Part shown: positions 37,057-50,660 of the stretch, in pieces
Numbering within the stretch: the stretch's first letter is position 1
Layout of the letters: every line of letters starts with the position of its first letter
Origin: Glycera tridactyla
Taxonomy: Eukaryota
Length of the DNA stretch: 64,000 nt
Assembly (NCBI GenBank): GCA_965644265.1
Contig: OZ286459.1
Coordinates: 118,296,001 to 118,360,000, forward strand
Direction: 5' to 3'
Notes under the pieces: generated by a model
Told to the model about the DNA's origin: nothing
The model's database searches: none
Seen by the model: the letters and a program-made list of their open reading frames with translations, nothing else
Program-made: the position numbers and the translations under genes

Positions 37057-37895
37057 NNNNNNNNNNNNNNNNNNNNNNNNNNNNNNNNNNNNNNNNNNNN
37101 NNNNNNNNNNNNNNNNNNNNNNNNNNNNNNNNNNNNNNNNNNNNNNNNNNNNNNNNNNNNNNNNNNNNNNNNNNNNNNNNNNNNNNNNNNNNGNNNNNNN
37201 NNNNNNNNNNNNNNNNNNNNNNNNNNNNNNNNNNNNNNNNNNNNNNNNNNNNNNNNNNNNNNNNNNNNNNNNNNNNNNNNNNNNNNNNNNNNNNNNNNNN
37301 NNNNNNNNNNNNNNNNNNNNNNNNNNNNNNNNNNNNNNNNNNNNNNNNNNNNNNNNNNNNNNNNNNNNNNNNNNNNNNNNNNNNNNNNNNNNNNNNNNNN
37401 NNNNNNNNNNNNNNNNNNNNNNNNNNNNNNNNNNNNNNNNNNNNNNNNNNNNNNNNNNNNNNNNNNNNNNNNNNNNNNNNNNNNNNNNNNNNNNNNNNNN
37501 NNNNNNNNNNNNNNNNNNNNNNNNNNNNNNNNNNNNNNNNNNNNNNNNNNNNNTAGGCGGGNNNNNNNNNNNNNNNNNNNNNNNNNNNNNNNNNNNNNNN
37601 NNNNNNNNNNNNNNNNNNNNNNNNNNNNNNNNNNNNNNNNNNNNNNNNNNNNNNNNNNNNNNNNNNNNNNNNNNNNNNNNNNNNNNNNNNNNNNNNNNNN
37701 NNNNNNNNNNNNNNNNNNNNNNNNNNNNNNNNNNNNNNNNNNNNNNNNNNNNNNNNNNNNNNNNNNNNNNNNNNNNNNNNNNNNNNNNNNNNNNNNNNNN
37801 NNNNNNNNNNNNNNNNNNNNNNNNNNNNNNNNNNNNNNNNNNNNNNNNNNNNNNNNNNNNNNNNNNNNNNNNNNNNNNNNNNNNNNNNNNNNNNN
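37057..37895. other. Assembly gap with isolated called bases (g at 37193, taggcggg at 37554-37561)
   Basis: Run of N with small islands of called bases. Confidence 0.99.
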
Positions 37896-40800
37896 CATAT
37901 TCCATCACTTGGTTTTTAAAGAAGGACCTGTGCACAATGACTGAAATTCCTAGAAGGTATCATGCCAGCATATTCTGAGGGTCGGTCCTACGGTCCTATG
38001 TCCCATTAACATGATCTGGGCAATTCCGTGTTCAACTCCACACCGTAGTAGATCCGACTTATCGTGAGCATCAGTAGCTTGCAGAATGGCATCACACACG
38101 TTTTCAAAATGTGAATGACCATGGTTTGGACGTTCATTCTCCCGAGAAGGGTGGTGATGGGGGGGGGGGGTGGAGGATAAAAGTCTACCTTCATGACTTC
38201 TAGCAACTATTTGCAACATCGTTAACAACATTAGGAGTCTCGTGGTATTGGCAGCATTATCAGAATCTTTCAACTCTCAACGTATGCGGTTTTATACATC
38301 TTCTCAACATCGAGGATAGATGATACAATGGTACAAACAGTGAGCAAATACGGCAGGCAATTGACAAAAATGCGATTAGGACACTGCCTTCTTTCTTTTC
38401 TAAGTTCATCTACCAGACTTCTAAATTCGATGATATTCCAGCGAATGGTGCATACATTAAGGTCAGGTCAGCATCGTGTTTAAGCACCTAAACTTCATCT
38501 AATTCTATCTCAGACACTATCTATCTATGCCCCGGGCAAAATATGAAATACTGTGATAAATGCCTTCATATTTATGTTGACAGACGACTACGCTCGCGAT
38601 GCCCTCATTCATCATCGTAGCAAGAATATATAGTATTGAGGTAAACATGCTCTGTTACTTCCGGCAAGATCCACACTTCATTTTCACCTCAGAGCTATAT
38701 ATTCTTTCTTCTATCACATGGATCAGGAGGAAAGAGCAGTTTTCACCCATCTGCGAAACATCACTCGTAATACTTGACACCTGTTACTTCACTGAAAATA
38801 TTACATCCATGTGATAATGAGGGGGGGGGGGGGCGAACTTTCTTCTAAGTCACGGGATACCTCACTAGTATTTGGATGAGCCTATATGGGTATGATATCC
38901 CATTTTGAGCCCAGACTCGGGCGCCACTCCTTCCCCAGCATGCACTAAGACTAAATCTTGTCACGTGATTCTTGTCAGCAACGGGATAAAGTGACCATGT
39001 ACCACTGCAGTAGCCACTGAGCCAAAGGAAGAGGTGAAATAGTTTACTGAAAGTCCCCTTCGCTTTTCTACCACGCAGTGAGTTTTCGTGGCAGATCCCC
39101 CATCAAGGCACTCTAGTAGTCGAACACAGTGCATGCCGTCTGGGATATTAAAGGCCCGCCGTGTGCATGAGAGTCTGCTGTCTTCCACAAAGAGTAGGTA
39201 TTGTCCCCGGCGGCGGTGTATCTTTTCTTCAACATTTTCAATTTTTCAGTCCGATATGAGGTTGAAAGGTTATAAGGACGTCAAACTTGAACAAACTGCA
39301 GTAGTCATTCTTATATTGTAGAGAGACCGACCAAAGTGTATCCAGTGATTTTCAACTGATATAACGACATCTGACGCATCAGTGAGTTCCGTGTGAGTAG
39401 TGGACGAGGGCGAGTCTTCTCTAATTATATATCAATTCACCATCGTCAATCACTCGTTAAGCATAGCCAGCGATGTCGCCATCATAGTCACTCGTCTCGT
39501 GCTCTCTCATCAGGGCCCATCACAGACGAACAGCTTCATCGCCATCATGCGATCCAACATCATTTTATCAGCGACAGACGTCGACGGGAGTCCATCGATA
39601 GCTCTAGTTTCACATATGTTGTCCATTGTCACGACATTGATGGGCCAAAGATTGTAGCCCTAATTGCATCTTCTGTTTGACCAGTGGGATAAACTAGAAA
39701 CTAAAGTCAGGATCTGCTGTCGGGAGCATTTGAGAAGATGGACTACATCGATTGAATGCGATGATGTGATGTATACAGCATACAGCGAATATGCCGATAT
39801 CTTATTGCTTCCGGCGAACATATCCCATATTCGGAAACATCGTGTCCCTCCATTGAATGTGATGTGAACAGGGCGATCGTCAAATGCTAACTGTTTTCTC
39901 TTTTGAGGCTTTCGGGTGTCGATGGGAATGTGTTTCTCGATCGAATGCGCAATAACTGGGGGAAAGGCTTGGTTCATGCAAAATAAATCTTTAGAACCTT
40001 GTCGGTGTCGATTGGAATGTATATATTCGAAAAAAAGAAAAAGGCGGATGAGTTCAAATGTGTATCTCCAAGCCACGCTGACCTGGTGGAGAAAGTTTCA
40101 GAGCGTATCCAGCTCATATTGCTTCGTGTTAAACCCTACTTCCGCATGACAGACACAATGGAAGTCTTTTCTCCTGAAACTTCTCGGAAAATCATTCATT
40201 CTGCAGTGTGAATAGGATTACTCATGCTCGGCTCGAACTTAGCCTGAACTGATTAGAAGTTGTCCCTGGAAATTCCCCGGCATTGAGACAAATGATAGAT
40301 TATCCATGTTTATAGAGATATGTTCTGTCCTTGCCAGTGATTATGTCTTTCTAGGGAAATCATAGGTGGGAACAGGCGCCGTTTTTGTGCACCTATATCT
40401 CACTATTATAGGCCCCTGGGCAATACCTGCCTGAAATATTTGCTGACCAAATATGATCGATCTAAGTGTTTCTGATGCCATAAACGCTGTGAAATCATAA
40501 CGCTGTCACACTCTGACGTCAACTTTCTGTCATCATGAAAGTTGTGTCCGACCTCATGAGGCAGCATATCGATTTCCAATGAATTGCAGCCAGAATACGA
40601 TTGCTATCCTGACCTGACCGATGCACATGTGTGTGTTTGTGCGTTTGAGGGTGTGTGTGTCCTAAGGACTCGGTAAGGACTCTTCCAACCGTACATATAC
40701 TAGTTTAGACAACATTCAAGAACCAGAAATCATAGAGAAATCGTGTGGAAACAGTCTATTCTATCATTTGTCGCATGTATTATCAAGCGTACTGTTCTGA

Positions 40801-41927
40801 TAAATGACATGTGAGAGTCTTTAGCATTTGATCATTCAGTGATTCCACTACTGAAATTTGATGATGACTGTAAATGGTTGGCCTCAGTGGAACGGAGTCA
40901 TGTACGAAATACCTCCGAGCAATTTCTGTGAATTTCATAAATATTCGCCTTCGGTTTGGGATTAAGAAATAGGAATTTCTGATAATTCGACTCATGCCCA
41001 TTACATGCGCGTCTCAATATAGCGCTGATGAGGCTCATGGGACTTGAAACAAGCAAACAACCCACCAACCATTCAACCCATTGACATCCATGAATCATTA
41101 TGAAGTCCTCATGAAACACATCCATCATAGCAATACCAATGCAGTACTTCAAGACCATTATCTTTATTTTCCGTCGACGGCTTTTCAGGAGCATTCTAAG
41201 GTACTGCCTGAATTTCGGACGCCGTGTACATGAACACTGCCACATAACTTCTCTCAGATAACACAAGCAGTCCAGAGGTAGTCATGAATGACATGTCATT
41301 GGTAATGCGCTCCATGCACAGCAGCTGGTTTCTAAATTGAAAAAGGACAGACTTCGCGTGCCGGATACATACCACCTGCTTTATGTTAACATACTCCACA
41401 ACTTCAAAACTTCTGACGTTTTTCTCCGTCATTTCTTATTGGAGTGGAAGTTGAAAGTTTTTTATATTCAATGAATCTGAAGAAGTTGTACAACTGTGTT
41501 TTCCTCATGGGGAAGAAGGCCTCAGTCGAGTTTCGGTTGATTGGATTTTCTGAATATGGTAATATGGTTAAACCCTGATCACAGCACCGAAAATAATGGT
41601 CGGAAATCAAACAGGAAATGGAACTAATTTGAATTCAGTTCTTATGTCGGATGAAGGGCGAGATAACTCATGCCCAGTGCATGGCGACACATCTTTGTTC
41701 TGACTCAAGTTCGATGAATCCTAAGAAAAGTGTGATAAACCCTTTCACTGGTGAATAACATTGAAGATGCATCTGAGTTGTGTGAGATCAAATTGATATT
41801 CAGGGGACCTTGGTTATTGGTAGTAGAAGAGTGACTCGCAATCCGTCTTGTAAGCAGAGATAGTGTAGGCTAACGTCAAACTATAGTGATTGGGACCAGA
41901 GCAAGTTTCACCTCACCCTCGAAAGTA

Positions 41928-42110
41928 CAGTTGAACCTGGTCCTAACGTGCATCTCAAATTAGAGTGAACCTCCTCTAAGCGGGCACTCCCAATTCCTTC
42001 CATCATATTTTCATTTAACATGACATGTATCATGCGAGAACATGCATTACACAGACATCATGCACTGATTGAGCCTCCCTTCATGAAAACACCCCTTCTA
42101 GGCAGGCACC
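41928..42110 (+). mobile_element. Decayed pogo/Tigger-like MITE, left part
   Basis: TA|CAGTTGAACC start, followed by GAACCTCCTCTAAG and later CACCCCTTCTAGGCAGGCACC motifs similar to the 20341 copy. 3' boundary uncertain. Confidence 0.35.
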
Positions 42111-45086
42111 GCAGAGAGACTGTCCTTGTTCCAAGTCACTCGACTTTTTCCAGTCACAGCCAATGTTCACCCAATAAATAAATAAATAAATGAACAAATA
42201 GCACCCTCTCACTACTTCCCTGCCACATATTAGGACCAGAAGCCAGTCTTTCATGTAATCTCCATTCGATCATGAAGGAACATACAGCCTATACTCTGCC
42301 TTTATGCTTTGGTGCACGTTGTTTTAATTGCAAATCGAATGGCAAATCTGTAGATGAAATGCGTGGCATTAGCCGACAGTGAAGGTGCTGAAACTTATGG
42401 ATTCTTGTACCAATCAAACCAATATTTTACAGTGTTTCAATGCAGATTAGCTCCAGGGACAGGTTCTCATCGTGACATTTGTGGATTTCATCTTCAGATC
42501 ATATGTTTTTCACTTGTATAATAGTTGGACTAAATTGATTTTTGATGGATGATCTCTTTTTACTTTAGCCCAATTTCCCTATGTTGTGTGCCCTTGTGGT
42601 TTCGCATCTACCATTCAGGTCTCGTATGAACAAGTTATCTGCCTTTTTGGAAATGCACATATTTTACCTGCTCACCTTTGTTTACGTTGGATTCCGGCTT
42701 TCGAAGGGGAATTTTTCCTGACTGCATGCTCAGGGCAGGTTGGACTTTAATAGCCGAGGGTGCACATTATCTCCCTAATTTTGGGGGATAATTTTCTGCA
42801 TCATATATCAGGATCTCGGATACCAGTGATGTATCATCTGTTGTGGTCAGTCTCGAGTGAAACAGGGCCCAACACAGATTACTTACATAAATGCACACAA
42901 GTAACATGAACGTGAATGAGGATGGTGACATCGCTAGTCACACTGATATCTTGATGGTGTGTATAGTGGTGAGTGTTAGTATATATGGCATAATTTGTGG
43001 ATATCCAACCTGCAGAGGGGTATGATTCATCCCCTCGCTTTCTGTTTGTGCGTCATGATATAGCACGCAGAGACCACTGAAAGCAATGATATACTGTTGG
43101 GAAGTCACCCTGATGGGATGCATCGTAACCCTTCTATAAAGAGTGCTGACCTATTCGCCTCGAACGGAAATTGATACTACCATCCAGAAAGCGCTGTTTG
43201 AAGAAGACAGATGCATGCTTTTAATCCCGGAAATGACCCTGGCCTGTAGATGGCACGGTTGCAACAAGTTACACATATATAAGTTTCTCTGCTCCCATAA
43301 TGACGACAACCCACGGATTTCGACTCCATCTATCAGGCCAGTTGACTCCTCTGTTATACATCATCATTTTAAGAAACGATCCAAGTAGTTTTTGTTACCC
43401 AACAAGAATGGAAATAACTCCTTATATATTTGAAATCGAAATCTGTTTTATACAGTTGTTTCTTTCCAGAATGGTGAGCAGCCTTGAAGTTATACTCGCT
43501 GAGAATTTGAAGCATTCTAAGAATTCTTTTGTTACTTGAAAGGTATAGTCAATTTCTCTCATGTCAATTGGATTTCAATCCAGAAGTTATCATTATTTTT
43601 GAGAATGGGCCCAACTTTTTTTGGATGTGAATCTGCGATGGATTGAAGAAAGCACATTTTCTCGTGTCACGTGGTGAATATCCTGAGCTTTTATCTCCCG
43701 CAAACACAAGCGCATAATTATTCTCGTCTATCAGGGAATATTTCAACAAACGATGATGCCTGGAGAATAGATACACAATGTTCCGAATATTACATACAAA
43801 GTGTCGAATCTGAATGACTCTTGCTTATGATCTATTTTTACCAATCTTCGAATTACCATGCACCTACTATATTCAATATCGTGGGAGCAATGCCAACATA
43901 ATAGCCGATTCCTGAATGCACTTAGCCATCGCGAAGAGGAAGTCAGGGATTATGTCGGATGTGTAGCACGTCGCATGTTCGCCAACTGAGAGTACACTTT
44001 TTCTGCCATTCCGAATGGTATATCATTCTGCATGCAAGTATGATATTCAATATGTGAGGATATAATACCAACAGAGAAGACCTATCGAATTTCAGAGTGC
44101 ACTGAAGTCTTGCTGAGAGGATTTCTCGTGTGTTCTGCGATGATCAATCGATTGTCATTCTCGCGACTGATAAGATGAAGAGAGTGGACATTCTCTGTCT
44201 CATGACTTGTATATTGGAAGACGCATATACCTCGGTAGCCATGTCCTCGTAGTATGGTAACTCGATCATGGAAAGAGCATGGATGCCCTCATTTATATAG
44301 GTACTGAGTTTGTGAACATATTCCCACTATCGTTCCGGATATCTGTAAGGATTGGACTGAATACGAGAGCTCACATAACCATTCAAAGATTATCACGATA
44401 GGTGGAATGAGATTATTTTGTGTGGACACTAGTACTCGAGGTTTCACGAGGGCTACAAATAACTCCATTGCCATGCACTGAAACATATTACTTTCCATCA
44501 CAATCCTTCGAACCAATCCCACTTCACAGCGAATCTAAGTTATATTCAGATCAAATATCTATCACTGCCTCCCGGTACTACTCTCAACTATGAGTGAATT
44601 GACGTCTATTTTTGAAATAGGTTGTGTGTCATACAATCACTTCACATTGCCATGTACTCACGAAGTAAAAACCCATACAACAATATTTTGTGAGCTGCAG
44701 GGGCGAAGGCTTCCCACATATCGAAGAACACTTATTCAGTAGCCCAATCCTCGTACGTATTATTCCATATATCCTACAAAACCCCTTGGAGGTATGTGCT
44801 AATGGATTGGTACTCGCTGTAGCCTGATTGTGCTTCACACAGAAGGCCTTCGACAGCGAGAGGTATAAACGATCGAGGATGCAGAGCACGTTTTATCAAT
44901 CCACTGGTGACTGCCAACACACTGACAGGATTGTAGTTGCCGTTGGAATATACATGACACAGCACATATGTCCTCATTTTCCTCGCAAAAATACATATGG
45001 CCTTGTGATTCCTCAATTTTCGGACTGCTCCTAACACCTGTTTGATTCATAGCTAATAAGTACTAATGTTTTATTCTGTCTTCATA

Positions 45087-45262
45087 CAGTTGAAGCTGTC
45101 TATAAGGGCCACCTTCGGTCGTATGGATCGGTGGCCTCCGCAGGCCGGGCGCATTTGTAGAGAGGTCATATACGGTTGAACATACTATCATTGTCGCATT
45201 CCATGGTGGCTACTTCAGGCTCCCGGCCTCTATGGAGAGGTGGTCTCGAGAAGGTTCGACCG
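45087..45262. mobile_element. pogo/Tigger-like (Tc1/mariner) MITE, 176 bp, TA target-site duplication
   Basis: TA at 45085-86 and 45263-64; left end CAGTTGAAGCT versus right-end reverse complement CGGTCGAACCT (8/11); subterminal CCACCT on both arms. Confidence 0.7.
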
Positions 45263-45823
45263 TACAAGTATCATAGATTGTTCGAATCTTTCCGACTGGA
45301 ACTGACTGATGCATATGGACAACATTTCAGCGCGATACCGGTGTGCTCAAATTTTGTTCAGTAAATTTCAGATGACCACATGTATTTTGAAATGTCTACC
45401 TTAATACCATATCAATGTGAGGCCCCATTGCCGGCCGCCATTGCAGAGTATTCCGGGTATGTTATGCATCAATCTGATTGCATTCACCTGTACATACGTA
45501 CACGTCCATGCAATATATCGGTTGCTTTTCAGGATATTTGCGCCGATTGATCAAGTTCGAGCCGCGATTATTTCTACCCACGTCCACTTCTACCACGTTT
45601 CTTGAAGGTGATGGGTAGACATTTTTGTGATTGGAAATGTGTAGACCTTGGTCTGGTTGAAAGTAATTCCCTGAGCTGTGAACACCTAGTAACAGGTCGC
45701 ATACATATTCTTCACATTGATCCTATTCCAAACCATTGGCTGTTCGACATGGCCAACAGCTCCATCCGTCAACCGGAACCATCCTTATATCAATTCCTCA
45801 TATGAAGGATCCCCCATAATTAC

Positions 45824-45856
45824 CTTCAGATGAGGACTGCCTTTTAGGAATAATTC
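45824..45856 (-). CDS. Candidate 33-bp phase 0-0 micro-exon (ELFLKGSPHLK)
   Basis: Acceptor cacattttctcatccag| and donor AAG|gtaatt; phase-compatible with the candidate exon at 45954-46031. Confidence 0.3.
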
Positions 45857-45953
45857 CTGGATGAGAAAATGTGTACATTCACTTTCCAGTATTCAGTACA
45901 TATTTTGTGCTCAATAGTGTATGATGCAAAATGGTCATCATTTTGGTGCTCAC

Positions 45954-46031
45954 CGAATTAATGGAATATTGAATTCCTCGCTCTTGAGGTGGCAACTGCG
46001 GGATGGATATAGTGCCATGTCCAAATTTTGA
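45954..46031 (-). CDS. Candidate 78-bp phase 0-0 exon (SKFGHGTISIPQLPPQERGIQYSINS)
   Basis: Acceptor aattttcctctcgaatgaccag| and donor TCG|gtgagc; a 97-bp intron leads to the 33-bp exon. Confidence 0.3.
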
Positions 46032-46503
46032 CTGGTCATTCGAGAGGAAAATTCCATGGGCACTTTCGAGTTGTGGGTGTGAAGGGGATAAATGACACCT
46101 GTCTGGCTGAGTGAACGTGTTGACTGTCCACAAATTGGTGGCAATGATTGCCCTGACAAGATAAGTCCATCGGCTTGAGAAGGAGGACCCTGGCAATAGA
46201 TGGTAATGACACCGTTACTGACCCGTGCATGCGCATTGCCTTCATCCTTCCACCCCGGCAATTAGTTCGACATTATAAGTGGGTCAGTCGTCTCTGACGG
46301 GAATTTGCCTTGACAAAGCACTTCCTGGACCGTAGTCTCCTTATGCATTGGACACCAGCTTCGGTCGGACTGCCCCATTCGTCTCTTTATGTATCAGATA
46401 CAAACCTTCTGCAGACTGGCCTATTTATTTTTCGGCCTGGCAATGATGAATGCAATGGACATCTCCCCTGTGTAGAACTAATTTCTCTTCCTACTTCTCT
46501 CTT

Positions 46504-46668
46504 NNNNNNNNNNNNNNNNNNNNNNNNNNNNNNNNNNNNNNNNNNNNNNNNNNNNNNNNNNNNNNNNNNNNNNNNNNNNNNNNNNNNNNNNNNNNNNNNN
46601 NNNNNNNNNNNNNNNNNNNNNNNNNNNNNNNNNNNNNNNNNNNNNNNNNNNNNNNNNNNNNNNNNNNN
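46504..46668. other. Assembly gap (N-run)
   Basis: Run of N. Confidence 0.99.
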
Positions 46669-46673
46669 GATAA

Positions 46674-46696
46674 CTAGCTAGCTAGCTAGCTAGCTA
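46674..46696. repeat. (CTAG)n self-complementary microsatellite
   Basis: ctagctagctagctagctagcta. Confidence 0.95.
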
Positions 46697-47843
46697 AGGG
46701 GGTCAAAAATCGGTCGAGTGCCCACCATGCCAATCACGAAGAAAGTTCCACAATTTATCTTGAGCTGTGCCCCTGAGGAATAGACCACTTAAAAACACCT
46801 TGGCCATTCTTTCCCTCAATTCCCTCAATTTCTCAAGACGGCCTCTCCTGTGCATGGTTTTGCCCAAAGAGACATTCTATGGAGAAGCAACTCTCTCCCC
46901 TATGCCAGGAGTGATAGTTGACCGAGGGGAGCCTCGTCGTATTCCGCTGAGTGACATTTCGCTGGGTGTTGCCCAGGCCTGAACTCGGGGTGCCGCAGCA
47001 TCAGAACAGACTTCAGCGGATCAGCACTGTCTGAAAACTGCCTTCAGGTCCTTCATCACACTCCGGGGCCTCGTCTCTCTGTACAGTATCAGGGGAGGAT
47101 GACAGATAACACTTCCCATCCCTGGGAGAATTCTTTAATTAGCCAATACGCCTCAGGCAAATGACAAAACAAGCACATTTAATTCGTTCCAATTATAATC
47201 AGACTAATAATCTTCCTCTCCATTTCTCCAAGGCCATTTTCTTGGCATCATCATCTCAAGATTTGTCATTTGTCATTTGAGGCAGTTGGAATATCCAACA
47301 TTTGTTCGGAATAGCCGGAGGAAAGCATACTCCTCCGACAGCATCTATTGACCCAAGGGAGAAAAATCCATACCTGTATCTTTGTTGAAGTGTTCTGTGG
47401 CAAAAAAAGATTGTTCCGTTGACAACGCGCCATCATTGCAATGAAACCGTTAACATTACAAGAAGCATGAAAAGGAAATTACAATCTAGGGTATCTCAGT
47501 GGAACTTGTCGAGAGGCCAAAGGATGACAATTTCGGAACATTTCATTTTGACAAATCGGCTGGAAGCTAAAAATTATTGGCCCATCAGTGATCTCAGCAT
47601 TCTAACAGATGCTGGATATGTTAAAATCAGTGCAATCGTAAGCCATCGAATGAATTGTTGAAATATTTGATATAGATCCGAAGTGAAATGTGGGGCGAGG
47701 GCAAGTCGGGTGTGATCGAGCATGAACAAGGCCTTGACTGAGGCAGGACCACGAAGACATCATCAGTTGCTATTCTCCAATTCGTGATCGATGATGACAG
47801 AATTATTACGTGTCTCTTCAAGATATACACAGTGCTTACTCAA

Positions 47844-47913
47844 CCTCTCTCTCTCCTCCCGTACCTCCCTCCTTCTCTCTCCCCCTCCTCTCTCTTTCTC
47901 GCTCTCTCGCTCT
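47844..47913 (+). repeat. Imperfect (CT)n polypyrimidine tract
   Basis: Direct reading. Confidence 0.85.
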
Positions 47914-50046
47914 ATTCATTCCCTTTCTCTCTGGTCTGAGTTGGATCAAATGCAAAAAAGGGTTATTACAAAAGAGCAAGATCATGCAGCATTCAATGAC
48001 GCATGAAACATAATTCAAACATGGGTGCAGTCATTCTTAGATATACGTCTGATCATTTGAAGTCATATTTCACAGCTCACACTACATATCTCATTATGAG
48101 GAAATTATCTTAGCCACTATATTTTTCACCCAACGCCTTCAATCATAGGGAATTGGATGACGCAACAGGTATGTCTGTCTGACCCTCGATTGATGTTATT
48201 GCATCGCTCACCACTCATACATGAAATCAACACATCCTAGGTGGACCTTTCGCTCAGTCTGTAGCTTGAATCACATAATTATAGTCCATGATTGCTTTGA
48301 GGCCAATCATTTGACTCCTATCATATGAAATATTCTCAAGCGAGAAAAGAGCCTCATGAACTAGATTATGACCTGTGTAATGGTTGGAAGTTGAGTGGCC
48401 AGCTTTATATATTTTTTCAAATATTCAGGAGTCATCCCAGAATGAAATCTGAGCTTCAATGAGCATTGGCAGTCAAATTATTGATGATTAGATTGTGGAG
48501 TGTAGTCAATAAGTAAGAATGCCTGTGACTCTACCTATGTCGAAGCTCAGTTCTGCCTAAGAAAGGCTAATGTGGTGTTATACATGAAAGTACTAGGTGA
48601 TAACAGGGATGCTACATTATGGTTAACTCTGTCAGTCTTTGTCGGTTTTGATATATACATATATGAAGTGAATGCGTTTTTCTTGTCGTGACACTTCTAC
48701 ATGCAATAGCTTGATAAGGTATCCACCTTCGAGTAGAGTCGGCTCTCATATGATCTACTTAGCCTTTAATCTTCATACAGGACCATCATTTTGTATGGTA
48801 GAGGGTATGGATATACGTGATGATTTTGGGACTTCTCTGGGTGTATCCTACAATGTATCCACCAAAATAACTTTCTTCACATCCTATTGTACTGAGCATT
48901 CTGCCTCCTTTTGCTTCCTCATTCACTCTAAAGAGGGCACACGATTCAATGAACATGAATACCACGCGGTTTTCACTCAGTCACATACTTGCTTGCATGC
49001 ATAAAATAGAGGCACTTGCTTGCATGCATAAATATAGTGAGTTCCTTCTGTGTTTTGATAAACGCTGGGTTAAATGCATTTCCTTTCCCCATGACATGGA
49101 ACAAAAACCCTGACTAGATTACCGGGTTACTTGATGACGCTAGTGTGAATTCCATTGTCCCCTGACGCCCATTTGTCAAAGCACGTGAGTTAATGACAGG
49201 ATCACTGACTTTATCAACAAGGTGCAGCCCATATTTATCTGCCCTGCTTCGACGGCTCCTTTTATGTCATATTGATGAGTTCGAACCCTCTAGTGAATCT
49301 CGCCTTTCACCTTCCAGCAGTACATATGTTGGAGAAAAATTGTCCGTTGTTGAATGCACCCAGTATTTGTGTATTGATGGCACCTTTGATTTGAGCGTAT
49401 GTATTTTCGTTTTCCCATTAGAGTGATTGACAGGCCACCTTGATCAGTGCACAGATCTGAACCATTATATTGGATGCTCGACATAGCGAGTTGTCCGCAG
49501 CCTCCCCCTTAATACGTATTTAACGACAGAATCAGGGAGTTGCCACTATGTGTTGGCATGGCGCTGTAACAGCCCTTTTATCGATTTCTTGTAAATCATA
49601 GCACTGCTAATCTCAACAACAGCCAATTCACCTGTCATTCAAGCTAGTTTCAATCTCCTGTTCTCTACCTCCTCCCGTCAATATGAGAATATAAACATGA
49701 ATTAGATTCAACTGAGCAATTTGCCTCTCTGGACCCTTCTGCATCGCCTTCATTCTGATAGAAACGCGGCTGAGATTCATCCATCACCAGTGAACACATG
49801 CCTCTTTCTATATCTATAATTCATATGCAATATGTGAGACAAATATTCAAGTCACCACAGGTGAGAGTCATCAAACGATTGGAGACATCTTTGTTTTGGA
49901 ATCTAGCCTTCTACTTTGATTCATCAAGGGAAGGCAATTCTGATTATTGACATTACAATCAGGTAATTGCTTTCAATGACGATAACGATAACAATGACAT
50001 TGACGACGATGAATATATAGGGATGGCGATGACTACGGTCAGGCTA

Positions 50047-50137
50047 TGACGACGACGACGACGACAATGATGATGGTGATGACGAAGATGATGATGAGCA
50101 GGAGGAGCGGGAGGAGCAGGAACAGGAAGAGCAGGAG
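50047..50137 (+). repeat. Compound (GAC)n/(GAT)n/(GGA)n trinucleotide tract
   Basis: Direct reading. Confidence 0.88.
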
Positions 50138-50416
50138 TTTGAAGAGAACATCTCACCCCTTACCTTCCGGCAGTGCATGCGTCGAAAAGCAATCGTCCGT
50201 TGTTAAATGGATTCAATATTAGTGTATTGACACGTCAAACATGCTTTCTGCCACAATCGCTAGCAGTATTTACCTCGCACTGGTCCATATTTACATATTT
50301 TGTGGCCAGTGACCTCTAACTCTACATCGAGCACCGAGCAGCCATATATCATATGGTATGAAGGGGAAGAAAAAACGTTGCAGTTTGGCCCTCCTTTCGA
50401 CTGATGTGTGGTAGCA

Positions 50417-50660
50417 NNNNNNNNNNNNNNNNNNNNNNNNNNNNNNNNNNNNNNNNNNNNNNNNNNNNNNNNNNNNNNNNNNNNNNNNNNNNNNNNNNNN
50501 NNNNNNNNNNNNNNNNNNNNNNNNNNNNNNNNNNNNNNNNNNNNNNNNNNNNNNNNNNNNNNNNNNNNNNNNNNNNNNNNNNNNNNNNNNNNNNNNNNNN
50601 NNNNNNNNNNNNNNNNNNNNNNNNNNNNNNNNNNNNNNNNNNNNNNNNNNNNNNNNNNNN
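50417..50660. other. Assembly gap (N-run)
   Basis: Run of N. Confidence 0.99.

Noticed and set aside
46880-46990. Gypsy-like integrase tail plus polypurine tract (AGGGGAGAG) on the minus strand
   Set aside because: No TG...CA LTR or integrase core found.
48987-49032. 27-bp-period duplication (ACTTGCTTGCATGCATAAA) and the 15-bp duplication at 29810-29839
   Set aside because: Ordinary slippage duplications with no larger structure.
49959-50156. His/Arg/Pro-rich ORF
   Set aside because: Translation of trinucleotide microsatellites.
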